NCBI GenBank assembly: GCA_002269645.1
Contig: NIVC01000001.1
Span: 186,001-250,000, forward strand
Source: Macrostomum lignano
Taxonomy: Eukaryota
Length of the DNA stretch: 64,000 nt
Direction of reading: 5' to 3'
Shown here: in pieces, positions 1 through 12,800 of the stretch
How the letters are laid out: each line of letters starts with the position of its first letter
Numbering within the stretch: the first letter of the stretch is position 1
Position numbers and translations under genes: made by a program
The notes under the pieces: model-generated
What the model saw: the letters and a program-made list of their open reading frames with translations, nothing else
The model's database searches: none
Told to the model about the DNA's origin: nothing

Positions 1-758
1 TCTATAAGTCAGACAATGCTGCAGTTACAACAATCTGCAAGAAAATCCTATGGCTTTTGTTAAAACTGACATTTTGATTCTGAGCTTTCGACTTCAACGC
101 ATTTTTGCGGTTTGCCAAGATTGCGAAACTGCATGAGAACAGTGGAAAGATTCCAAGGTCCCACACCATCAATCAATCTTGAAGATAAGTAATCAATTCA
201 CGTATAGGTTTGTCGCCAAGCAGAAAAAAGAGAGAAGAACTTTAAAGAAATTGCAAGAAACTTTTGGAGCGAAAAATATTACACTAACAATATTCAAGAG
301 CTGATCCTTCAGTGAAACGGTGAACTGATAAGATAGCAGATTTTCTTAGTTTGAGTTTTTAAATCGAGATATACCGCTGTCTAAACCAAAGTCGTCAATG
401 TCAAAAAGATGTCATCTATGAAAAACTTGCTTATGAAAACTTTCAAGTCAAGCTAGAGATAAAGCGACAGTGTTTTGACAAACTGATAACGTCACCCAGA
501 AACCGTCACAAACAGGCCACCAAAGTTGTTGGCCTAGGTCCCTGAGGAACGGTAAATTCATTCAATGACATTCTAAAATTCAACTGGAGGGTGTGTTAGT
601 TTATATTCGCACACCCTAAGCTTAGGCGTCCGTTTTTGAGGCATTTTGGCTGATGCCTCACTCACACGGCTGGCTCTACAGCAAATGATCCTGCATGACA
701 CGGCCGTGTCAATTTTCCTATCGAAAGAAAATTCCTAATCAGTTCACCACTAGCTCAC

Positions 759-1545
759 CTTGTCGCCCAGGCTCTTAAACATCAGCTTGGCGTAGTCCAC
801 AAAGTGCGGAATGATCTGCTCGCTCTCCCAGCCCTCAAACTCATTCTGCAGAGTCAGCGGCAGGTCCCAGTGGTAGAGAGTCGCCATGGGCTGAATTCCG
901 TTTGCCAGCAGTTCGTCCACCAGGTTTACGTAATATTGAATGCCTTTCTCGTTGATGCCACCCGCCAGGGTTCCGTTGGGCAGAACTCGAGGCCACGAGA
1001 TCGAGAATCGGTAACCATTGACGCCTAACTGTTTGAGCAGCTGGACATCCTCTTTGTACTTTTCATAGCTTCTGCAGGCTATGTCGCCGGTGCTGTTGTC
1101 CTTGATGGTGGTGCCGTTTCGGCGGACAAACTCGTCCCAGATGCTCATTCCTTTGCCTGAGAATGGTGTGGTTCAAGACTGGAGTTATTTCCAGGCGTAA
1201 TTTCCAAGCTATTTCCAAGCAACGTCATCAATTTCCAGACGCCATTTCCAAGCTATTTCCCAGCGATGCCATCAAAGCCCCTTAACAGATACTACATCAA
1301 AACGGGATGAAATACACAGTGATCTTTAATTGTTCGCTTATAGCAAGTACCTATTTCTTGCCTTTACGAGCGTAATCGCCACTCAAAGCTGGTATACACT
1401 TACCGTCAACATCCCAGGCACCCTCGATCTGGTAGGAGGACGTCGCCGTGCCCCAGATGAACTCCTGAGCGGTGCACTGTCGGGACATGCTGGTCAGCAG
1501 CAGAGTTAACGAAATCGCAGCGACTAGCGGCATTTGCAGCGTCAT
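759..1545 (-). CDS. Glycoside hydrolase family 1 (lactase-phlorizin/beta-glucosidase-like), copy A, exons 1-2; gene continues beyond the left edge
   Basis: Exon 1 1545-1404: signal peptide then [22 protein letters not shown] donor. Exon 2 1156-759: [10 protein letters not shown]...[12 protein letters not shown]...TLYHWDLP...LGDK, AG/GT boundaries. Same exon borders as copy B. Confidence 0.93.
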
Positions 1546-1685
1546 TTTAAAACAATTTTTGTAGCACTGGGTCAGCTAAAACTTGGGAAAACTACACCGA
1601 TTTCCGGCTGGCGAATTCTCACGGGAATTTAAGCTCGCACAAACGAATCGAGTATCGAAGTCCAGGGAGCGGGGTGTGGCCGATA

Positions 1686-1740
1686 TTTTATAACCATGGC
1701 ATTGCACTGCATGGTGCCTGGCATGCTGTTATCTTATCTT
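1686..1740 (-). promoter_or_regulatory. Putative TATA box plus tandem GATA sites upstream of GH1 copy A
   Basis: Minus strand reads AAGATAAGATAA (1740-1729) then TTATAAAA (1693-1686), about 140 nt before the ATG; the same arrangement precedes copy B. Confidence 0.55.
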
Positions 1741-3234
1741 GGACGTTTGCCATGGGCTATGCAGCAAAAAATTAAGCATTCGGGCAGGACACCCGTTGAG
1801 TTTTCCACGCCATATTTACTGTACCTGGCTTGCTCTGACTGATTTTAAATGAATAATCTAAAGACCTGATGAAACTCCCTCTCCCATATCGACTCACTGT
1901 CAGTATTGGGCTTGCTGCAATGGAGCTGGTTAAGCAAAGTAATAAATTATTTGGATCTAGCCAGCCAATTTCTCACTGCCTCTTCGGCACAAGTCATTTT
2001 ACAATCAACCGCCTCTACTGATTAATTGACAAGGAGCGCGCATAGTTAAGCCACACAATCTAGATTTAAATCCATCGTCCATTACTATTCTGGCTCCAGC
2101 TGGTTAGGCCACAACATCCGCGTCGAATCTCGTTCGTTCGCGCCCAGATTTCCAGACTGCGATTTCTAAACGAGCCCTAACACAACAGATACTGTGGCGC
2201 ACAATGAATTAAGACCACCAGGTAAAATTATTTTATTTTTGGCAAACTCTGGTCATTAGGCTAAATTCAAGTAACTAAATTAAAAGTAAACTTGTAGGAA
2301 TGTTACTTTACTCGTATGTTATTTACGAGCTACATAGCATTTTGGCTCACTTTCCAACAGTTTTTAGTTTAAAAAGCTGAAATTTGAATGAGAAGTACAG
2401 TTTTAGGTTTAACATTGAAATAAGATCATATATAAATACTAGGGAAATAGGTAAAGCAAATGTCACTGATACCAAACTATCTACTCTGCATGTCCTTTTG
2501 ACTTAATCACAGCATTTTATCGCATAGGCATACTGTCCACCAGCTTCTGACACACACACTGCACACTTCTGCCGCGATGGCAGCCCACGAGTCCTCAATG
2601 ATGCGGTACATCTGATCAAGGGAAGCTGGATGCTGCCTCTGGTAGGCGGCTGCTGAGGATGTCACGGTACTTCTGACTGTCCATGATGCCCTCAATGCGA
2701 GTTATTGACCCAGGTCCGGCTCTGGAGAATGTAGCTCACACCATGACATTGCCATCTCCATGCTTCACGATAGCAACAGTGCACCTGGGATCGAATTCCT
2801 CGACACCAACTCTGCGGCGCACATACCGGCAGCCGTCAGAATCAGTGCGGTAAAATTTGCTCTCGTCACTCCAGATGGTCTTGGCCCAGTCCTGGGGTGT
2901 CTGTCCAGATTGCATGCTGCATCGCCCAGTTCAAGCGCCGCTTCCAGTTTTTGTCGGAGATAAATGGCTTCTTAGCAATGCACCTTTATAGCACCTTTTA
3001 ACCCAATTGATGAAGTGGTCTTATTTACTGTGTGACTTATCAAATTCGAAAGTGAGACAAGTGACTCAAATTAAACACGCTAAATTGCAAGTAATTACCC
3101 AACACATCACTAATTTAATTGATTGATACCATGGTTATCTATAACTTATTAGATTAAAATGCTTCCGCAATCTGTGTAGGTTATGAAGTTAAAAGTTCGA
3201 ATTTGTGTTAGTTGGTCTTATTTCATTGTGCGCC

Positions 3235-6062
3235 CAGGGACAACTAAAACCCTCGGGACGCGAAACGAGCCAATTCATGGCAAAAAATCTGAGGGGCTCG
3301 CTTAAAAGTATTGTTCTATGGCTTTTTCAAGTCTTCTCTGCTATCAGGCATTAACGGTTAGATTAAATAGTAAAGCGAGGCAATGTCGAGTATCTAATTT
3401 AAAGAATAGAAACCAGTGATATAATTACAATGTATTTACAATAAAGTAACCGCCATATCAACAAAAAAACTCCAACGGCAAGAAGATAAAAGATGAAAGC
3501 AAAGATGAAACTCCAACGGCAAGAAGATAGAAGCAAATACGGAACTCCAAGGACAAGACGACACAAACAGTCAGTAGCTCGTACATAAAGGAAACGCTGG
3601 AACTTCACCCACTGAGCATCTAACTTCCGAAGCTTTCTATCATGGGATGTCGTCGGTATTGGTGGGAGTTTTGACGAGAGTCTTACTAGTCCTTTGAAAA
3701 AAACGTTGGCTAGCCGACGGGACACACTGTCCATGCTGAACTGTGTCTTAGTTGGAAAGTAAAAGTCCTTAATAACATAAAACAGCTTCTGCACGCGAGT
3801 TGCGCACGTAGGAGAGTGCAGAATAAAACTGCTGTAGCAGAGACAGGATAAGTCTAACAGCCATTGTGGAGGATGGCAAAGCTTTCCGTGAGATAACTCT
3901 TCAGTGAATTCGCTGGCTGGAATGCTCGTCTCTGATATCAAATCTGTTCCTTTGATGCCTTCTTTAGTCGCTGTATAACCTGTCAATTTCCAATTAAGCA
4001 CGGTTTGAATTGTTTTTATGAGATTGTGTAAAACCTCGTTGTGAATTAAATTTTAATTAATATCCAGCTTACCTGCGATATAGTAGAGCGAAGCCATCTC
4101 CGAAATGGAAAGCTCCTCTGATTTAGCAGCACAATTATCAATGATCGCCAGTTCAATTTCATTCAGCTGTTCATTGCAACATTTGCTCCGATCATGCTTG
4201 TAGTCTGCTAATTCAAGGGATGCGAATAATTTCATTCGTCGGAGTCGAGCACTGAGCAGCACTTGCTCCACAGATACATAGTAGTTGCCGCCGCTCATTT
4301 GGCGATACACGCCAAACTCAGCCTCAAGTGGATCACTGTGAAAGTCAGCCAGCAGAACGTAGCTGATTCGTGGGTCGGACAAAAGAACCTCACACATCTC
4401 ACAGGCTCCGCGCAGTGAGTTTACTAGCGCTGACTTGGTCTCGGGCGTCAATGAATGATGGCGAGCTCGGCCTTTTCCACAGTGTCGAATCAAACGAATC
4501 CGCGAGCGCGCTAAGAAATTGTATGCTTTCATCTTGAACGGAATAGACTGGTCGCCTGTCCGGATCCCGTAGTCGTGCGTGTAGATCAGGATTTTTACAA
4601 TTGACAATTTTTCAGAATCTCACTATGGTTTTGATAAATTCCGCAGTGTCTGAGTATCCATCACACTTCAATGCAGCGGCAACCCTTTCATCGAGAACTT
4701 GGAGAGCGAGACTGACTTTAGTTTTCTGAATGCTTGTGGGATAACAGGCCTCATGAGTTAGACATGTGCGCTTGACTACGTGGTCTTTCTCCATTTGGTA
4801 CAGGCGTACCACGTCTGACCATTTAGCGGATATCTGTCTGTCAGCGCCAGGAGGTTGAATGCTTAAAATTCCATTCGCTTCCATTTGCCAATTGTTGCGA
4901 ATGCATTTGATAATGTGAACGAAATCGAACAGCATGAAGACTTCCGACTCATGTGCAGCATCCGTTCCAATCCATGGCTTCTCTCTTCCATCGCTAAATA
5001 AAGCAAAACACTTGCGGTTGGTAGGGTAATTGTCGCTGACGAGAGCAACGACACGGCCACCGTTGTTGTTAATTGCTTTAATACATTGGCTGACGCATTT
5101 TCGCAGAAACTCCGCAGACAAAATTTGTCGGCAATAGTCGGACTACAAACGGTTTTCCACCAAGTAATGGCTTTACCATTATGGCCAAAATTGTCCTAAC
5201 AACCTGGTCCGGATCGTCGACGGCTCGACCCAGAAGGTGACGGCATCGATATCGAACGGACGGTTGTATGTACATTTCGTCAAACATAATTACGCAGTTT
5301 CGCTGAGCTCAATCAAGCAGCTGAAAAGCGTCCATCTCATCGATGTTGCCGCACCTCGCGTCAGAAAGAACACCGCGCTTTTCGGCCTGTCGGTCCTGGT
5401 CTGAAATAAGAGTAAAAATAAAAGTTAGATAATTGTGAGCGGCAAAATCGATATAGACGCTAAGTGTTGAGCAATCTTTAAGTTACGTACCTTGGTTCTG
5501 AACAAAACACGAGCTAGGAACTCCATTAAAAACAGAAGGAGAATTAATTGGCCTTTCGGTACAGTTTTTCTTGACCATTGGAGCATCGCTTGGCCAATGC
5601 TTTACGCACACGCCCATATTGTCAGTCACTCTCTAAAATTTTGGGTTTCAAGTTGTTTGGACGAGACTGGCATGCAGAATTGAAGCGGAATTATGCAGCA
5701 GTAATGACAGCAAATTATCTGGTTTCTTACATGGAGAATATTTGGCAGCGCCTTTCTCCATCGCTCTCGCTCCTGTGGATCTCTGGGAAACCAAATGTCC
5801 GTGTTCGAACGGCTTCAGAGTTGTAATTTGATGAGCACGGAAATACGCTGCACTTTCTTGGCATTTCATCAAGTGAATAAAAAATTCTTCTCTTGATATA
5901 GTTCAGCTTAGCTTCACTGCTGGCCGCAGCTAAAGCAATTTTAATTTGCTTGATAGCAGAGAAGACTTGAAAAAGCCATAGAACAATACTTTTAAGCGAG
6001 CCCCTCAGATTTTTTGCCATGAATTGGCTCGTTTCGCGTCCCGAGGGTTTTAGTTGTCCCTG
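3235..6062 (-). mobile_element. P-superfamily (THAP) DNA transposon, 2828 bp, perfect 112-bp TIRs, 8-bp TSD
   Basis: TIRs 3235-3346 and 5951-6062 are exact reverse complements starting CAGGGACAAC; TSD TGTGCGCC at 3227-3234 and 6063-6070. Confidence 0.95.
3600..5864 (-). pseudogene. THAP-domain P-element transposase, disrupted, with three introns
   Basis: ATG 5864 MPRKCSVFPCSSNY...FGFP...WRKALP...VCVKHWP...PSVF (THAP); then MFDEM, SDNYPTN, FDFVHIIKCIRNNW, SDPLEAEFGVYRQMSGG, LYYIAG|Y. Introns 5730-5633, 5490-5401, 4072-3980 rejoin motifs in frame. Frameshifts near 5790, 5110 and 4480; in-frame TGA near 5310 and at 4612. Confidence 0.88.
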
Positions 6063-6079
6063 TGTGCGCCACTTTACAT

Positions 6080-6905
6080 GTACAACAAAATACGCTGTCA
6101 GTGTCACATGGCGCCTCAGGGCCAAGTCACGAATGAACGCCACGCCGCCGGCGTCAGCCAGCAGGCAATCAACGAAACGCCAAGTGCGGGCGCCTGCCCT
6201 CGCCGGTAGGGTGCCTGCAGCGTCAGCAGCAGCACCTCCTGCACCGGCTGTGGACAGTACGTCTCTGCGCGGATGATGTGGCCTGTCAGCTGGAGTCGCC
6301 GATGGCGCCACAGGTCGCTTCGGCGCGATAATACAAAGCCGCGTTGGTCACTCGCTCGTAGCCGATCTTGAACGCTTGAGCGAATCCATCAGCGTCCAGG
6401 CCTCGGCGTTGTACAACAGGACGGACTCGACCACCGCCTGGAACAACGCCGCCCTCTGGCGGTCAGGTAGGGCCTTGGACTGCAGGACTGCCTTCACAGA
6501 ACGAAAAGCAGCCTAGGCAAGGCCAGGGCGACGCTGCAAATACTCGCGGACGCCGGAAACCAGACCGCCGTGGTAGACGAACTGCTGACAACGCGAAAGC
6601 TCTGTCGCCTGTCCATCAGCGCCTTGAAACAAGATCTCAGCCTCGATGTCGTCTGGCACGCAGAGCACGACGGTCATCTGCGTGTTGACCACCAGGCCGA
6701 CACTCGCCGCAACAGCAACTAGCTTGTCCAGTTGTCGCTGGGCGCCCTCGACAGTTGAGGACAGCAGGCCGGCAAGGTCGTCGGCGTAGCCAAGCACGCT
6801 GAGTCGTCTCTCCGCACGTCGTCGAACCACGCGTCGCCGCAACAGAAAGCCGTCATCGTTAGTAGGTAGACTATCCGCAGCAATCTCGCTGTCTGCAACT
6901 CGCAT
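6080..6905 (-). mobile_element. RTE-clade non-LTR retrotransposon, 3' fragment
   Basis: LGYADDLA...VGLVVNTQ...FVYHGGL; clearly related to the copy at 21461-23951; short AAC tail at about 6083. Confidence 0.88.
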
Positions 6906-6939
6906 ACGTCGACGACATCGCCCTTCTGCGTCGCGATCC

Positions 6940-7790
6940 GGCTGCCGCTCAATGTGCTCCCACGCACTAGGCTCTTATGAGGAGGGTAACCCACGTTGGA
7001 CTGGTGATTAACGCCTCCAAGATGCAAGTGCTTCATGTAGCTACTGACACGTCTGCTCCAGGCTCTGCCAAACGGAGATGTCATCAAGGTGTGCGAACAC
7101 TTCCATTACCTCAGCTCCAGCAATCCCGCGCGGCTGTCCCCTGTCCTTTCCCGCCCTGCGTAGGGCCCTGCTTGGACTCAACCGCAGGGACCTCAGGGTG
7201 GTGACCATGGCCCTCTCGGGTCACGGCTGTTTTGCCAGGCATCGCTACCTCCAGGGAAAAATCCGCAGTGAGAAATGCCCATTCTGCCTCTCCGGTGTCG
7301 AGAATGCGGATCACTTCATCTGTGAATGCCCCGCCTTTACTCAGAACAGGATCACCTACTTAAAACCCGGACCTCTCCGACGTTTTCAGGCCCGAGAATC
7401 TACCAGCTCGTCCGCTACCTGAGGCTACCAAGCGAGCGACCATCCACCTCCTGGACTCTCCGGAGGGGGACCACGCTGCGGACACCGGCACCACCGGAAC
7501 TCCCTGCGCGACACCGCAGCACTACTAGCTGCCCGTGGTCACCAGGCGTTAGCGAAATGGGCGGCAACGCCTCCTCGCTGTTTCCAGACGCACGGAGCCC
7601 CCAGGCCCCAGCTGCAGCTAAGTCAAGTAAGTCAGCTCCCTTGTGTTGAGCCTGAACAGAATCGTCTCCAACAGAACTCGGGCCTGGTGCGTGTCCCGTC
7701 TGCTTAGGAAGACGCGACAACACGCCCTGGATGCGCACTAAATCAGCACTGGTTCTCCTTCATCAGCCCACTGAGCGTCTGCGGAGCGGG
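6940..7790 (+). mobile_element. Short RTE-like RT fragment fused to the C-terminal zinc knuckle and 3' end of an I/R1/LOA-type LINE
   Basis: VGLVINASKMQVL and NGDVIKVCEHFHYL (6960-7115), then LSGHGCFARHRYLQGKIRSEKCPFCLSGVENADHFICECPA (CCHC knuckle typical of I/R1/LOA ORF2). Confidence 0.7.
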
Positions 7791-9039
7791 CCGTATGTCA
7801 ATCAGCAAATCAATTATAAAGAAGACACAAACCAATTGGTTTCCAATTCCTGCACCCATGCAGGAAAGGCCCAAAAATGATGGACCAAATGTGTTTCTAT
7901 GTATATAGTTAAATATATAAAATATATATATGCATACCATGGTGTCCATAGGCAGTGTGGACAATCAGGGCAATGTCCACAAAGCAGCTCGCGGCAGTAC
8001 CAAATTCAAACAAATTGCAATATTCGTTAAAACAATTATAAACAATAAAGCACGCAGCATGCATTAAGATATGAAGAATACTAAATTTCAAAAGGGTATT
8101 AAATTGTTTAAATTAATTTAGCAGCATATTCAATTGCAAACAGGCATCTCACAATTCCCGTCTCCGTGGATCATAAGCATTATATAATCATATACTAGAT
8201 CTATTATTGATGTTAACCAGCATTGAGAACAACAATTATAAGCTTTTCATAACAGTCAAAAGCTGCTACAGGCTTCAAAACTCCAAAGATTCGGGCCTCT
8301 TAAAGCATCAAAGGCGTGCATTGGAAAATCGAGGCGAGAGCAGTGCGAAATTTTTTGTTTTACAAATTTCCAGTCATAGTCGCATTCAACTACTGATTCA
8401 GTAGAAACACGCGCAGGCAAATTATATGAAGCCAAAGCGCTGTGATGATCAATCTGGGAGTTAATTAGGTGCCAATTAAAAACACAAGCATAAGTAGGTG
8501 AAAGCTACAGGTGACAATATAATAACTATAAATATGCTAATATAAAAAACTCGCAGAATTCTCTTTTTCAACAACACGACCTTATATGTACTACTTTAAG
8601 CACTAAAGACGCAAAAGGAAGGCTGCATAATATTAATTAGATCAGGAGAAGAGCAGGATAGACGGCGGTTAAAGTGCACATGTACTGCAGAATGCGACAT
8701 GTAAATAATAGACAGATCTTTATGCATATATAATTAAACAATATGGAAAACATTGGGCTCGCATGTCTGTACAAAACTCTCTCTGCATGGACAGACTATC
8801 CCGGCAAAAAATGATTTATTAATTGTTCAACTATTAAGTAATAAAACAACACAATAAGCAATGCGTTGTTCACGGCGTGCTCTACTAGTAGTAATATATA
8901 AGCATTCGCTGAATATATAATGTAATTACAAGCATAAAAGTTATATATGCATACCGGATTAGCAAGAAACCGATAAACAAAGCATTATTAGAATTCTAGC
9001 AATACTCAATGCTACTCGTAGTAGCAACTTCAATTTGTG

Positions 9040-9712
9040 TCGGATCGGAGAAGAGGTAATGGGAAGCCTGAAGGATCGGAGGAGAGGTAATGGGAGGCCT
9101 GAAGTATCGGAGGAGAGGTAATGGGAAGCCTGAAGGATCGGAGGAGAGGTAATGGGAGGCCTGAAGTATCGGAGGAGATGTAATGGGAGGCCTGAAGGAT
9201 CGGAGGAGAGGTAATGGGAGGCCTGAAGGATCGGAGGAGAGGTAATGGGAAGCCTGAAGGATCGGAGGAGAGGTAATGGGAGGCCTGAAGTATTGGAGGA
9301 GAGGTAATGGGAGGCCTGAAGTATCGGAGGAGGGGTAATGGGAGGCCTGAAGGATCGGAGGAGAGGTAATGGGAGGCCTGAAGGATCGGAGGAGAGGTAA
9401 TGGGAGGCCTGAAGGATCGGAGGAGAGGTAATGGGAGGCCTGAAGTATCGGAGGAGATGTAATGGGAGGCCTGAAGGATCGGAGGAGAGGTAATGGGAGG
9501 CTTGAAGTATCGGAGGAGAGGTAATGGGAGGCCTGAAGTATCGGAGGAGAGGTAATGGGAGGCCTGAAGTATCGGAGGAGATGTAATGGGAGGCCTGAAG
9601 GATCGGAGGAGAGGTAATGGGAGGCCTGAAGGATCGGAGGAGAGGTAATGGGAGGCCTGGAGTATCGGAGGAGAGATAATGGGTGGCCTGGAGTATCCCT
9701 AAACCTGAAGTA
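9040..9712. repeat. 31-bp minisatellite just downstream of the PAK stop codon
   Basis: Unit GGGAGGCCTGAAGGATCGGAGGAGAGGTAAT, about 21 copies; explains ORF 8996-9721. Confidence 0.95.
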
Positions 9713-9823
9713 CTTTCTCAAGATTTTAAATACTCCCGAGAATTTAATTTACACCGAAAAATTCAAAAAATAAAAAACTGAATGAATCCGATCCAGGCAA
9801 TAAAAAGAAGTCCTTGAACCGAC

Positions 9824-12800
9824 TCAAGCCTGCTGGCTGGCGTCTTTAGCAGCCAGAATCAGCGGCGTGAGACTGCTCAAAGGTTTAGCCAGCCGAATAA
9901 ACGGATGGCTGAGCAGCTCGCTAGCCGTGGCTCGCCGATCGACATCGACTTCAAGGCAGCGGTCTAAGAAGTCCTGGAATACTGGCGACAGCTTCTGACG
10001 GTCCTTGATGTGCGGCTTGCCGTTGGAGGCGATCAGGTAAAGCGCGCGCAGCGGGTTCTCGTTCAGGTAGGGCGGCTCACCGTCGATCATCTCGATGGCC
10101 ATGATGCCTAACGACCAGATGTCCACCTTGGGGCCGTAGGCCTTGCGGGACACCAGCTCCGGGGACATCCAGTAGGGCGTGCCGACCATCGTGTGCCGCT
10201 GGCCGCCGCCCTCCAACTGGGCGCAGAAGCCGAAATCCGTCAGCTTCACAGAGCCGTCCATGCCTGAGTCAGGGGCAGATGGGGAGGGTTGTACAGCTCT
10301 GCGATTCTCATATGGGGTTGTACATGTACAGCTCTGCGATTCTCATATGGGGTTGTACATGTACAGCTCTGCGATTCTCATATGGGGTTGTACATGTACA
10401 GCTCTGCGATTCTCATATGGGGTTGTACATGTACAGCTCTGCGATTCTCATATGGGGTTGTACAGCTTGGCGATTCTCATATGGGGTTGTACAGCTCTGC
10501 GATTCTCATATGGGGTTGTACAGCTCTGCGATTCTCATATGGGGTTGTACAGCTCTGCGATTCTCATTTGGGGTTGTACAGCTCTGCGATTCTCGTATGA
10601 GGTTGTACAGCTCAGTGATTTTCATATCGGGCTGCAGGGCAATTCTTATATCAGGCGGTGCCTACGGCCAACAAACAACAAATAGGCGGACAAAACAAGG
10701 TTAATAATGGAATAGATAAACATAAAAAACCGAACTTTAAGAAAGTCATGCAAACATGTGCAAGTATTCTGCCCGCAAACTCTCTACAAAAATTTCTTGA
10801 CTTAGTCTTAGTACCCGAAAGCTTTGCGACATAAACTGCCCTGTCTAGATGAGCTGAGACTAACTAAAATCAATGCATAGTGTATCCATAATGCTATACA
10901 ATAGCCTAATGATATATGGATGGATCAAGCATAATTCTATAGTTTTGTTACATGCTGACTTGTTATGCAGATCAGTTTTAATGCATTTGGTCTAGCGCTC
11001 TCTCCCTCTCTCTCTCTCTCTCTCCCCTAAACTCTGCGCACATCGGCATGGCTGGCAGAGAATGCAGGCAAATATGACTTTAATAAAATATGTGCACCGT
11101 TACCCGTAGCATCGGCCGCGCAAACACAAATACGCCTTATGTGCGTTTTTATGACTGCTAATTGGAATTAACTGACGCAAGCAAAACCGGTGGATACGGA
11201 CGGGCGGTGAATAGGGACAGATAGAAACAATAGTGAATAGGAACAGGTAGAAACACCGGTGAATAGGGACAGGTAGAAGCACCGGTGAATAGGGACAGGT
11301 AGAAGCACCGGTGAATAGGGACAGGTAGAAGCACCGGTGAATAGGGACAGGTATAAACACCGGTGAATGCGGACAGGTAGAAGCACCGGTGAATAGGGAC
11401 AGGTATAAACACCGGTGAATGGGAACAGGTAGAAACACCGGTGAATAGGAATAGAAACACCGGTGAATAGGGACAGGTAGAAACACCGGTGAATGGGGAC
11501 AGGTAGAAACACCGGTGAATGGGGACAGATAAAACACCGGTGAATGGGAAGGAACAGTTTGCTGGTGACAAGATGAACTGAATTTTCCCAATGCCATAAA
11601 AATACAGAGCAAGACTCACCCAGCAGCACATTATCGCTCTTTATATCGCGATGGATGACGCCGTTTTCGTGCAGAAATTCCAACGCTTTCAGCACCTCTT
11701 TGCACACGGCTCCGATCTGGCCTTCGTCCATGCAGGTCTCGGTAACAACATCGGTCAGGGACCCGCCGGCCAAGTAGTCCATGACAACCCAGAGCTCCTC
11801 GCCAACCAAATAGCTGTCCATGTAGTTCACAATGTTCGGATGCTTATTCTCCTTCATCACTAGAATCTCATTAATAATGAGATCTTTCTTGGGCTGCTGG
11901 GCCAGGTTCATCTGCTTAATGGCCACCTCGCGGCCAGTGGCCACCTCCCGGCCCATGTGGACGACCCCGGACGCGCCCTGGCCGATCTGGCCGATCTTCT
12001 CGTACTTGGCTGACGGCGCCCCGGCGCTCACGATGAAGCGCAGCCTCTCCTGAACCTCGGCGTCTGTCAGCTTCTTCTTCTGGGGCCGCTTCTGCTGGCG
12101 CGGTTGCTGTTGCAGACTCTGCTGTTGCTGCTGCTGCTGTTGTTGTTGTTGCTCCGGTTGTTGCGAAACAGATCCGCCATTGTTTACAGAAAGCTTTTGC
12201 TGCTGCGGCTGCTTCTCCGTTACGGATTTCTGCTGCATTAGCGGCGTCTGAGGTGGCTGCTGCTGCTGCTGCTGCTGAAACTGAGGCGGTTGCTGACCAG
12301 GAGCTGCCTGCGGCGGCGGGGTCACCGGCTTCGTCCAGACAGATTTGGTCTTCTCCGGCCGCTGTGCGATGGGGGGCGGAGGCGGGGTGGCTGCGTCGGA
12401 CGCAGCGGATCCGGAGCCGGAGGGCTGCGGGAAGCGGCGGGGATTAAGGGTGAATTTTTAATTTATCTGGAATTCTCAATCAATCTGAGAGTTATGGGGA
12501 TCAATACGAATATTAGGGATACGATGGGGACAAATCTGAGGATTAAGAAGACAATGGGGATCAAGCTGAGGATTAAGAAGACAATGGGGATCAAGCTGAG
12601 GATTAAGAAGACAATGGGGATCAAGCTGAGGATTAAGAAGACAAGGGGGATCAATCTGAGGATTTGGGATACGATGAGGATCAATCTGAGGATTAGGGAT
12701 ACGATGGGGATCAATCTGGGGATTAAGAAGACAAGGGGGATCAATCAGAGGATTAGGGATACGATGGGGACCAATCTGGGGATTAGGAAGACAAGGGGGA

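Larger units (their letters stand above)
2192..6074 (-). mobile_element. Internally deleted Tc1/mariner element (IR/DR-like), right end split by a P element
   Basis: Remnant at about 2990-2470 reads AKKPFISDKNWKRRLNWA...IWSDESKF...KHGDGNVMV*...IEGIMDSQKY...KLVDSMP with stops and deletions. Left end TA|CTGTGGCGCACAATGAATTAAGACCA (2192-); right end TGGTCTTATTTCATTGTGCGCC (3213-3234) + P element + ACTT|TA (6071-6076). Confidence 0.85.

Noticed and set aside
759-1156. GH1 copy A as a truncated pseudogene
   Set aside because: Exons and splice sites are intact; the equivalent intron in copy B is about 1 kb, so exon 3 would fall outside the window.
3399-3600. Hydrophobic extension of ORF 3399-4001 as a membrane protein
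   Set aside because: It is read-through past the normal transposase end into a short internal duplication near the TIR.
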